From positions 62,001 to 126,000 of the forward strand of contig NW_027140807.1 of the NCBI RefSeq assembly GCF_036365525.1: a stretch of DNA of 64,000 nucleotides. Direction: 5' to 3'. Positions 34,700-46,800 of this stretch are shown piece after piece (within the stretch, counting starts at the first letter, position 1; each line of letters begins with the position of its first letter). Under the pieces are notes generated by a model. That model saw nothing but the letters and a program-made list of their open reading frames with translations, was not told the DNA's origin and made no database searches. The translations under genes were made by a program, and so were the position numbers. This DNA comes from Heterodontus francisci (Eukaryota).

Positions 34700-36570
34700 A
34701 TCTGATCAGACCTGGATGATGTAATCGTTGCAAACAAAGCCCATTTGAGCCTCAATGTGGAAAGGGGAGAGGGAGATTCATAAAAGGGGCTCAAAGATCT
34801 TCTACCAGCACGTAAATAGTAAGTGAGTAGTAAGAGGTAAAGAGGGGTCAAGTAAGGACGGAGAGAGTAATATGTGCTTTGAGGCACAGGGCAAAGCTAA
34901 TATACTTAATGAGAACTTTGTATCAGTGTTCACGAAGGAACTGGAGGCTGAAAATTATCTGCAGAAGCAGAGAGAGTAGAGGCAATGGATAGGATAACAA
35001 TTGAGAGCTGGTACTAAAAGGGCTGGCTATGCTTTGGGTGGATAAGTCACCTGGTTCAGATAACTTGCATCACAGGTTGTGAAAGGAAGTGGGGGGTAGA
35101 GATAGAAGAAGGGCTTGCCGTAATCTTCAAATCTTCCCTGGTTATGGGGGAGGTGCCAGAGGATGACAAAGTGGCAAAACCACATTCAAGAAAGGGTGTA
35201 AGGACAGTCCGAGCAACTACAGGCCACTTAGTTTAACATCACTGATGGGTAAGGTTCTAGAAACAATAATCAGAGAAAAATCAATAGACGGTTAGAGAGG
35301 TTCGAGTTTAATTAAGGATAGCCAGCATGGATTTTCAAAAGGCAGGACATTATTGACTAATCTAATTGAATTCTTTGATGAAGCGACAGAGAAGGTCGAT
35401 GGAGTGAATGTGGTGGATGTTGTATATGTGGATTTTAAGAAAGCGCTTGACAAGGTACCACATAAAAGGCTGGTTAACACAACTGAGGCTCATGGATGAG
35501 AGGGTCAGTGTTCAATTGGGTGAAAAAGTGCTGTCAGGACAGGAAACAGCGAATCGTAGTAAATGGTTGCTTTTTAGACTGAGGGATGGTAGTCAGTGTT
35601 GTTCCCCCATGGGTCAGTGCTGGGACCACTGCTTTTTCTGCTATATATAAATGACTTGGATCTTGAAATACAGAGCAGAATCTCAAACTTTGCTCTCAAC
35701 ACCAAACTTGGAGGTGCGGCAAACAGTGTGGATGATATGAACTGCCTGGATCAGGGCATAGATAGGCTAGCAGAATGGACAGAGAGGTGGTCAATGGAAT
35801 TTCATACTGACAAGTGTGAGGTGATGCATTTTAGCAGAAGGAATAGGGAGATGCAATATATACTTAATGGCACAGTTGTAAAGATTGTGCAGGGACAGAG
35901 GGACCTGGGGGTGTATGTGCACACATCTTTGAAGGTGGCAGGACATCGTGAGAGAGTGGTTAGGAAAGCAGGTGGGATCTTGGGCTTCATAAATAAAGAC
36001 ATAGGGCACAAAAGCAGTGAAGCCATTGTGAACCTTATAAAGCTCTGGTTCGTCCCCAAATGGAGAGTTGTGTCCAGTTCTGGTCACCACACTTCAGGAA
36101 AGATATGAGGGTCCTTGAGAGGGTGCAGAGAAGGTTTACCAGAATGGTTCCAGTGATGGGGGACTTTAGTTGCAAGGTTAGGTTGGAAAAACTGGGTTTG
36201 TTCTCCTTAGAACAAAGGTGGTTTGACAGAAATGTACAAGATTATGACAGACTTAGATAACTCAGACAAGAAAAAACGGTTCCCATTAACTAATGGTACA
36301 ATAGGGAGGTTGTAGGTTTGGGTTAGAGATGCAGGGGAATATGAGGAAGAACTTTTTTGGCACTGCGGGTGTTAATGACCTGGGACTCGCTGCCCACAGG
36401 GTGGTGAAAGCGAAGATGATCAATGACTTCAAGAGGAAGTTGGATTTCCACTTGAGAGAAATAGACTTGCAGGGCTACAGGGATCGAGCTTGAGGAGTGG
36501 ACTTACTTCACAGCACCGTGGACAGCCAGCATGAACTCGATGGTCCGAATGGCCTTCTTCAGTGCCGTAA
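34700..36570 (+). mobile_element. Degenerate 5'-truncated CR1 LINE
   Basis: [38 protein letters not shown]. Confidence 0.85.
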
Positions 36571-37449
36571 ATGGCTCGATGCCTCCTTCAAAAGAAGCAA
36601 CCCTTGACTCCTCTGGCCTTACAAAATACTGTCCCATCTCCAACATCCCTTTCCTCTCCGAAATCCTGGAACAAGCTGTGCCCATCTTTCCCAGAATTCC
36701 ATGTTTGAATCCATCAGCCCCTTGCTATGGCTCTGATATTAATCCCAGCCATATCAGTAATGGGTCAGTATTTGACAATAGCCTGTCAATAACTCCCTCA
36801 GATATACAGACTAATGCTTCGAGAAATACACCTTTGCCAATGTTTGACTTGAAATTTAAATACAGAGCCCATCGCAGTCCCATCACTGTCCCAATGTTAG
36901 GGTGTGACCAGCAGTCAGTGTCTGGTCCATTGATAGCTGGGCAGAGGCTTCACAATGTCACTTTTCCTGGTTACACAGCGACTCTCACAGCTCTCTCCCT
37001 CTCTCTCTCTCTCTCTCTGTCTGTCTTCACTCTTGTTTGCCTATGTACCTGAATATGTACCGGTGCCTTTTCAGGAGATCCTATCTGTGCCTCTGATCTA
37101 AACAGTCCATTGTCCTCCGTCTGTGAGACTCATCTGACTGGCACGACATCAGTACTGGGTCCTATTGGGGCAATGTGCTCTGTATCCTCTCAGATTAATG
37201 GACACTGAGTATCCGACAGAAAATATTCACAGGATAAATACCTCCCATATCAGTAATGTGTCAGTATTGAGCAATAGGCTGTGTATATTAGAACATAAAT
37301 GGAAACTGAGTGTCCCAGACAGATCATTCTCATGATAAATTGCTTCAATATGTCAGCAACCGTCCAGGACCCCAAACTCTCCTTCCAGGTGAAACAGCGA
37401 TTCACTTGGACTTTCAATATCAAATAGAAAGAGGGAGTTATTGACAGGC

Positions 37450-37790
37450 TATTTTATATCGTCCCTCACGACCACCTGCCAAAGTGCGTCACAGCCAATG
37501 AAATGCTTGTTTTGCTGCAGTGTAGTCACTGTTGTAATGTAAGAATCATGGCAGCTGATTTGTGCACAGCAAGCTCCCACAAACAGCAATGTGAGAATGA
37601 CCAGGTAATCTGTTTTAATGACTTTGATGGAGGGATAATTATTGGCCAGGACACCAGGGAGAACTCCCCTGTGTTTCTTCAAAATAGTCCAATGGGATCG
37701 TTTATATCCACGGGAGTAAGAGGATGGAGTCTCTGTTTAATGTGACATCTGAAAGAGGGCATCCTGACAGTGCAGCACTCTCTCAGTACA
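37450..37790 (-). mobile_element. Deu-domain SINE-like element (related fragments at 54600-54700, 57280-57370, 58165-58340)
   Basis: Minus strand cattgctgtttgtgggagcttgctgtgcacaaat..acattacaacagtgactacac..cattggctgtga, recalled as DeuSINE/SacSINE-like. Confidence 0.55.
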
Positions 37791-37956
37791 GACCCTCTGA
37801 CAGTGCAACACTCACTCAGTACAGACCCTCTGACAGTGCAGCACTCACTCAGTACAGACCCTCTGACAGTGCAGCGCTCCCTCAGTACTGACGCTCCGAC
37901 AATGTAACATTCCCTCAGTACTGACCTTCCAACAGTGCAGCACTCCCTCAGTACTG
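37765..37956. repeat. ~33-bp tandem repeat, about 6 copies
   Basis: tgacagtgcagcactc(a/c)ctcagtacagaccctc. Confidence 0.85.
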
Positions 37957-40900
37957 AAAATAACTTTCCTTTCAGTGCAGCAGCTTTTTCGGGAGCAGAG
38001 TGTGAGCGAGTGAGCAGCTGGGAAAGTCAGTTTGAAAGTAAATTTAAAATCCTTTTGTTTTTCGGCGGAGGCCGGGGGCTGCTGGGTAAGTAAAACACTA
38101 TATATTTGGGCGGTTTAAAATAACTTTCCATTCAGTGCAGCAGCTTTTTCGGGTGCAGAGTGTGAGCGAGTGAGCAGCTGGGAAAGTCAGTTTGAAAGTA
38201 AATTTAAAATCCTTTTGTTTTTCGGCGGAGGCCGGGGGCTGCTGGGTAAGTAAAACACTATATATTTGGGCGGTTTAAAATAACTTTCCTTTCAGTGCAG
38301 CAGCTTTTTCGGGTGCAGAGTGTGAGCGAGTGAGCAGCTGGGAAAGTCAGTTTGAAAGTAAATTTAATTTCCTTTTGTTTTTCGGCGGAGGCCAGGGGGC
38401 TGCTGGGTAAGTAAAACACTATATATTTGGGCGGTTTCTGAACCCGAGATACCACACTTGTAGTGTCTCCCACCCGCCCTCCTCCTCTAACCAAAAAAAA
38501 AGGACTCGGTGGGGTGTTTATAAGGTAAGGCTTTTTCGATTTCTCTGGTTTTATTGTGATTGGTAAAAACTTTTCGTTCCTTTTTCATTTAACTAAGTTT
38601 AAACTTTAGATTAAAAATGGCAGGAGATCTCAGACCCGTATCATGCACCTCTTGCTCAATGTGGGAGCTCAGGGACATGGCTGATGACCCTGACTCCTTC
38701 ACGTGCAGGAAGTGTGTCCAGCTGCAGCTCTTGTTAGACCGCATGACGGCTCTCGAGCTGCGGATGGACTCACTTTGGAGCATGCGCGATGCTGAGGAGG
38801 TCGTGGATAGCACGTTTAGTGAATTGGTCACACCGCAGATTAGGATTGCTGAGGGAGAAAGGGAATGGGTGACCAAAAGGCAGAGAAAGAGCAGGAAGGC
38901 AGCTCAGGAGTCCCCTGCGGTCATCTCCCTCCAAAACAAGTATACCGTTTTGGATACTGTTGAGGGAGATGGCTCACCAGGGGAAGGCAGTAGTAGCCAG
39001 GTCCATGGCACCGTGGCTGGCTCTGCTATTCAGAAGGGCGGGAAAAAGAGTGGAAGGGCTATAGTCGTAGGGGATTCGATTGTAAGGGGAGTAGATAGGC
39101 GGTTCTGTGGTCGAAAACGAGGCTCCCGAATGGTATGTTGCCTCCCAGGTGCACGGGTCAGGGACGTCTCAGATCGGCTGCAGAACATTCTAAAGGGGGA
39201 GGGTGAACAGCCAGTTGTCATTGTGCACATAGGCACTAATGATATAGGTAAAAAACGGGATGAGGTCCTATAAGCAGAGTTTAGGGAGTTAGGAGCCAAG
39301 TTAAAAAGTAGGACCTCAGAGGTAGTAATCTCAGGATTACTACCAGTGCCACGTGATCGTCAGAGTAAAAATGAAAGAATAGTCAGGATGAATGCGTGGC
39401 TTGAGAGATGGTGCAGGAAGGAGGGGTTCAGATTTTTGGGACATTGGGACCAGTTCTGGGGGAGGTGGGACTATTACAAATTGGACGGTCTACACCTGGG
39501 CCGGACTGGAACCAATGTCCTTGGAGGTGCTTTTGCTAACGCTGTTGGGGAGGGTTTAAACTAATGTGGCAGGGGGATGGGAACCAATTGAGGTCAGTTG
39601 ACAGTAAGGAGGTAGTAACAAAAGCCTGTAAGGAACTAGATAATGAAGTCAGTGTGACTAAGGGGAAGAGCAGGCAGGGAGCAGATGATGAATATAAAGG
39701 GACTGGTGGTCTGAGGTGCATTTGTTTTAATGCAAGAAGTGTAGTAGGTAAGGCAGATGAACTTAGGGCTTGGATTAGTACCTGGGAGTATGATGTTATT
39801 GCTATTACTGAGACTTGGTTGAGGGAAGGGCATGATTGGCAACTAAATATCCCAGGATATCGATGCTTCAGGCGGGATAGAGAGGGAGGTAAAAGGGGTG
39901 GAGGAGTTGCATTACTGGTCAAAGAGGATATCACAGCTGTGCTGAAGGAGGGCACTATGGAGGACTCGAGCAGTGAGGCAATATGGACAGAACTCAGAAA
40001 TAGGAAGGGTGCGGTAACAATGTTGGGGCTGTACTACAGGCCTCCCAACAGCGAGCGTGAGATAGAGGTACAAATATGTAAACAGATTATGGAAAGATGT
40101 AGGAGCAACAGGGTGGTGGTGATAGGAGATTTTAATTTTCCCAACATTGACTGGGATTCGCTTAGTGTTAGAGGTCCAGATGGAGCAGAATTTGTAAGGA
40201 GCATCCAGGAGGGTTTTCTAGAGCAGTATGTAAATAGTCCAACTCGGGAAGGGGCCATACTGGACCTGGTGTTGGGGAATGAGCCCGGCCAGGTTGTTGA
40301 AGTTTCAGTAGGGGACTACTTTGGGAATAGTGATCACAATTCCGTAAGCTTTAAAATACTCATGGACAAAGACGAGAGTGGTCCTAAAGGAAGAGTGCTA
40401 AATTGGGGGAAGGCCAACTATACCAAAATTCGGCAGGAGCTGGGAAATGTAGATTGGGAGCAGCTGTTTGAAGGTAAATCCACATGTGATATGTGGGAGG
40501 CTTTTAAAGAGAGGTTGATTAGCGTGCAGGAGAGACATGTTCCTGTGAAAATGAGGGATAGAAATGGCAAGATTAGGGAACCATGGATGACAGGTGAAAT
40601 TGTGAGACTAGCTAAGAGGAAAAAGGAAGCATACATAAGGTCTCGGCGGCTGATGAAAGACGAAGCTTTGAAAGAATATCGGGAATGTAGGACCAATCTG
40701 AAACGAGGAATTAAGAGGGCTAAAAGGGGTCATGAAATATCTTTAGCAAACAGGGTTAAGGAAAATCCCAAAGCCTTTTATTCATATATAAGGAGAAAGA
40801 GGGTAACTAGAGAAAGGATTGGCCCACTAAAGGACAAAGGAGGAATGTTATGCTTGGACTCAGAGAAAATGGGTGAGATTCTAAACGAGTACTTTGCATC

Positions 40901-41472
40901 GGTATTCACCGAGGAGAGGGACATGACGGATGTTGAGGTTAGGAACAGATGTTTGATTACTCTAGGTCAAGTCGGCATAAGGAGGGAGGAAGTGTTGGGT
41001 ATTCTAAAGGGCATTAAGGTGGACAAGTCCCCAGGTCCGGATGGGATCTATCCCAGGTTACTGAGGGAAGCGAGAGAGGAAATAGCTGGGGCCTTAACAG
41101 ATATCTTTGCAGCATCCTTAAACACGGGTGAGGTCCCGGAGGACTGGAGAATTGCTAATATTGTCCCCTTGTTTAAGAAGGGTAGCAGGGATAATCCAGG
41201 TAATTATAGACCGGTGAGCCTGACGTCAGTGGTAGGGAAGATGCTGGAGAAGATACTGAGGGATAGGATCTATTCCCATTTGGAAGAAAATGGGCTCATC
41301 AGTGATAGGCAACATGGTTTTGTGCAGGGAAGGTCATGTCTTACCAACTTAATAGAATTCTTTGAGGAAGTGACAAAGTTGATTGATGAGGGAAGGGCTG
41401 TCGATGTCATATACATGGACTTCAGTAAGGCGTTTGATAAGGTTCCCCATGGCAGGCTGATGGAGAAAGTGA
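37957..41472 (+). mobile_element. 3'-truncated CR1 LINE with three 160-bp 5' monomers
   Basis: Monomers start at 37957, 38117 and 38277. ORF1 38617-39564 has a premature TAA at 39271-39273. ORF2 starts at 39564 and breaks after [10 protein letters not shown]. Confidence 0.92.
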
Positions 41473-42549
41473 TAGCTGATGGAGAAAGTGATGGAGAAAG
41501 TGAAAGAGAAAGGAATAGCTTGATGGATGTTTAAAATAGAGGCTATTGCCTCTGGATCTCTCCTGATGTTTCCATCTCCATACCTATCTCCTATATGTTT
41601 GTGCACACAGCAGTGAAGGATTACATCAAATTCATATATCTTACATTCTCCCTTTCAATCCACCCCAACAATCTCTCTCTCTCTCTCCAACCCTGTCCCT
41701 CTCTACTGCCCGCTCTCTGTCTGCATATCTAACCCTCTCTCCCTCTGTCTCACTCCTAGTGTCAGAGAGAGCAGGAGGAAGAGACGGAGAGAGGAAGACA
41801 GAGAGAGAATTTAGAAGGAACTGTACTCTCTTCCTAAGCTGAACCTGCACTCGGAGTGTTTGAGGGGCTACATTAATCGGCCGTGTACAGTCCTTCATCT
41901 GGCTGTGAAGAAGCAGAGCATGTTCAGGACTCAACGGGTCAGAGGGAACGATTCACTCCTGTCTGCTACGGGAAAGAGAGACTGACCTTAACATCAATGC
42001 CGCGTTTGACCGAGTGTGACAGCGAGGAGACCGAGTAAAACTGAAGTCAGTAGGAATCTGCTGGTTGGAATTATACTGAGCACAAAGGAAGATGGTTGTG
42101 GTTGTTGGAGGTCAATCATCTCAGTTCCAGGACATCACTGCAGAATAATAGAGACAAGGTAGATGAAAACTTTCTGTCTGCCATAAAAAGTGAAATGGTC
42201 AAACAATGTTGTTATTGGAGAGGTCTGGCCTCTATCTGATTCCATTCAGACAGACAGACAGATATCAATATAAATGAAGACATATATTTGCCTGGGTTAG
42301 AGATGGAAGACTGAACATTCCCTTCGGTCTTGTTACTACCTATCAGCAGCTGTGTACAATTTCTAATTGCACTGGTTTGATGTGGGTAATATTTATGTTT
42401 GTAAGGATGGGGTGAATCTTATAACAATCTCCCCGAGATGAAGTGGGATTGAGGGATTGGAGTAAAGGTCAGTAACAGTGCAATGCACTTTACACGACTG
42501 AGTAACAAACATTGTTGTGTTAAAGTTTAATAAATCACACTTGTGTTGC

Positions 42550-43480
42550 AAAGAACAAATAAAGAACAAAGAACAAAGAACAGTACAGCACAGGAACAGG
42601 CCATTCGGCCCTCCAAGCCTGCGCCGAACATGGATGCCTGCCGAAACTAACATCTTCTGCACTTCCGGGGCCCATATCCCTCTATTCCCTTCCTATTCAG
42701 ATATTTGTCAAGATTTCTCTTAAATGTCACTATCGTATCTGCTTCCACCACCTCCCCTGGCAGCAAGTTCCAGGCACTCACCACCCTCTGTGCAAAAAAT
42801 TTGCCTCGCACATCCCCTCTAAACTTTGCCCCTCGCACCTTAAACCTATGTCCCCTAGTAACTGACTCTTCCACCCTGGGAAAAAACTTCTGACTACCAC
42901 TCTGTCCATGCCGCTCATAACTTTGTAAACCTCTATCATGTCGCCCCTCCACCTCCATCGTTCCAGTGAAAATAATCCGAGTTTTTCCAACCTGTCCTCT
43001 AGCTAATGCCCTCCAGACCAGGCAACATCCTGGTAAACCTTCTCTGTACCTTCTCCAAAGCCTCCACGTCGTTCTGGTAGTGTGGCGACCAGAATTTCAT
43101 TCAGTATTCTCAGTGTGGCCTAACTAAGGTTCTATACAGCTGCAACATGACTTGCCAATTTTTATACTCTATGCCCTGACTGATGAAGGCAAGCATGCCG
43201 TCTGCCTTCTTGACTACCTTATCCACCGGCGTTGCCACTTTCAGTGACCTGTGGACCTGTACGCCCAGATCTCTCTGCCTGTCAATACTCCAAAGGGTTC
43301 TGCCATTTACTGTATACCTCCCACCTGCATTAGACCTTCCAAAATACATTACCTCACATTTGTCCGGATTAAACTCCATCTGCTATTTCTCCACCCATGT
43401 CTGCAACCGATCTATGTCCTGCTGTATCCTTTGACAATCCTCATTATTATCCGCAACTCCACCAACCTTTGTGTCGTCCG
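42550..43480 (-). mobile_element. 5'-truncated CR1 with (TTCTTTG)n tail
   Basis: [28 protein letters not shown]; tail at 42550-42582. Confidence 0.9.
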
Positions 43481-43889
43481 CAATTGCTGATATATATTTT
43501 TTAATGATATGGATTGTTTTTCTCACAGGATTTTCGATTGTAATTTCCTTTATTTTGGCTGATGTATAGAATATAAGGGCAGGGAGGTTATGCTGGAACT
43601 GCATAAAACACTAGTTAGACCACAGCTAGAGAACTGTGTACAGTTCGGGTCAGCACATTACAGGAAGGATGTGATCACACTAGCGAGGGTACAGAGTAGA
43701 TTTACAAGGGATGTTGTCAGGAATGGAGAATTTTAGCTATGAGGAAAGATTGGACAGGCTGGTGTTGTTTTCTTTGAAACAGAGGAGGCTGAGGGGAGAT
43801 TTAATGGAGGTGTGTAAAATGATGATGGGCCCAGATTGAGTGGATCGGAAGGACCGATGGAGAATAACCCAAGCTCTCCAATACATCCA

Positions 43890-46800
43890 TATACCTGAAG
43901 GAACTGAAATAAAGACAGAGAGAACGAGGGACAGAGAGAGATAGAGGGGGAGAGATATAGAGAGTCTCAGCGACAGAGAGATAGGGCAAGGAGTGATAGG
44001 GGGTAAAGAGAGAGAGAGAAGGTGAGAGAGAAGGAGAGAGAGGGACAGACAAAGAGAAGGAGAGAGGGAGTGACAGAGAGGGAATGATAGCTGGAGGGAC
44101 AGAGAGAGACACAGAGAGAGAGGCAGAGACAGAGATAGCAGGAGAGAGACGGAAAGACAGAAAGGGAATGACAGATGGAGGGCCATACAGAGAGACAGAG
44201 AGAGTGGCAGAGACAAAGATAGAAGGAGAGCGAGCGAGTATCAGGAAGGGAAAGACAAATTGAGGGACAGAGAGAGAGACAGAGAGAGAAGGAGAGAGAT
44301 GGAGTGACAGGGAGGGAAGGATAGATGGAGGGATAGAGAGACGGAGAGACAGAGAGGGAAAGACAGATGGAGGGACAGAGAGAGAGACAGAGAGAGTGGC
44401 AGAGACAGAAATAGAAGGAAAGAGAGGGATTGCCAGGAAGGAAAGGACAGATGGAGAGACAGAGTGAGAGACAGAGAGAGAAGGAGAGAGATGGAGTGAC
44501 AGGGAGGGAAGGACAGATGGAGGGATAGAGAGAGAGACAGAGAGCGAGACAGAGACAGAGTTAGAAGGAGACAGAGGGAGTGACGGGGTGGTGGAGGGAG
44601 ACAGATGAAGAGACAGAGAGAGAGAGAAGGAGAGAGATGGAGAGACAGGGAGGCAAAGACAGATGGAGAGACAGAGAATGAGAGGCAGAGATGGAAGGAG
44701 AGAGATGGCGTGACAGGCAGGGAAAGACAGATGGAGAGACAGAGAGGAAGACAGAGAGAGAAGGAGAGAGAGGGAGTGTCAGGGAGAGAAAGACAGATGG
44801 AGGGACAGAATGTGAGGGAGAGAGATAGAAGGAGAGGGTGGGAGTGACACAGAGGGTAATACAGATGGAGGGACAGAGAGAGAGACAGATATAGAGATAA
44901 AAGGAGTGAGAGTGAGTGACAGGGGGTGGGGAAGACAGATGGAGAGACAGAGAGAGAGAGACGGAGAGAAGGAGAGAGATGGAGTGACTGGCAGGGAAAG
45001 ATAGATGGAGCGACAGATAGAAAGACAGAGAGAGAAGGAGAGAGAGGGAGTGTCAGGGAGGGAAGGACATATGGAGGGATAGAGTGAGAGACAGAGAGAC
45101 AAGGAGAGAGAGGGAGTGTCAAAGAGGGAAGGGCAGATGGAGAGACAGAGAGATAGAGACAGTGATGGAAGGAGAGAGAGGGAGGGACAGAGAGGGAAAG
45201 ACAGATGGAGGGTAAGAGAGAGAGTGAGAGAAATAGAAGGAGAGAGATGGAGTGACAATGAGGGAAGGACAGATGGAGGGACAGAGGGAGAGAGACAGAG
45301 ATAGAAGGAGAGAGATGGAGTGACGGAGGGGGGGGAGAAGACAGATGGAGGGACAGAGAGAGACAGAGACAGAGACAGAAGGAGAGATATGGAGAGACAG
45401 AGAGGGAAAGAGAGATGGAGAGACAGAGAGTGAGAGGCCGTGATGGAAGGTGAGAGATGGAGTGACAGGCAGGGAAAGACAGATGGAGAGACAGAGAGAA
45501 AGACAGAGAGAGAAGGACAGAGAGGGTGTGACAGGGAGGGAAGGACAGATGGAGGGATAGAGAGAGAGAGACAGAGACAGAGTTAGAAGGAGAAAGAGGG
45601 AGTGACGGGGTGGGGAGGGGGGAGACAGATGGTGAGACAGTGAGAGAGAGAGAAGGAGAGAGATGGAGAGACAGAGAGGGAAATACAGATGGAGAGACAG
45701 AGAGAAAGACAGAGAGAGAAGTACAGAGAGGGAGTGTCAGGGAGAGAAAGACAGATGGAGGGCCAGTGTGTGAGGGAGAGAGATAGAAGGAGAGGGTGGG
45801 AGTGACAGAGAGGGTAATACAGATGGAGGGACAGAGAGAGAGACAGAGATAGAGATAAAAGGAGAGAGAGTGAGTGACAGGGGGTGGGAAAGACAGATGG
45901 AGAGACAGAGAGAGAGAGACGGAGAGAAGGAGAGAGATGGAGTGAGGGGGAGGGAAGGACAGATGGAGGGACAGAGAGTGAGAGGCAGAGATGGAAGGAG
46001 AGAGAGGGAGTGTCAGGGAGAGAAAGACAGATGTAGGGACAGAGTGAGAGAGACGGAGAGAAGGAGAGAGATGGAGTGAGAGGGAGGGAAGGACAGATGG
46101 AGGGGCAGAGAGAGAGATACAGAGATAGAAGGAGAGAGAGGGTGGGACTGAGAGGGAAGACAGATGGAGGGCAGAGAGAGAGAGAGATAGATAGATAGAA
46201 GGAGAGAGATGGAGTGACAGGGAAGGAAGGACAGATGGAGGGACAGAGAGAGAGAGAGAGAGACAGCGATAGAAGGAGAGAGATGGAGTGACAGTGTGGG
46301 AAGGACGATGGAGGGATAGAGTGAGAGACAGAGAGGCAAGGAAAGAGAGGGAGTTTCAGGGAGGGAATGGCAGATGGAGGGATAGAGAGAGAGACAGAGA
46401 TAGAAGGAGAGAGAGGGAGGGACAGAGAGGGAAAGACAGATGGAGGGAAAGAGAGAGAGATAGAAGGAGAGAGATGGAGTGACAATGAGGGAAGGACAGA
46501 TGGAGGGACAGAGGGAGAGAGACAGAGATAGAAGGAAAGATATGCAGAGATAGAGAGGGAAAGAGAGTTGGAGAGACAGAGAGTGAGAGGCCGTGATGGA
46601 AGGTGAGAGAGGGAGTGACAGGCAGGGAAAGACAGATGGAGAGCCAGAGAGAGAGACAGAGCGAGAAGGAGAGAGAGGGTGTGACAGGGAGGGAAGGATA
46701 GATGGAGGGATTGAGAGAGAGAGACAGAGATAGAAGCAGAGAGTGGGTGTGACAGGGAGGGAAAGAGAAGTGGAGGGACAGAGAGATAGACAGGGATAGA

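Noticed and set aside
37765-37956. Short direct repeats resembling a CRISPR array
   Set aside because: No unique spacers, no cas genes, and a eukaryotic context.
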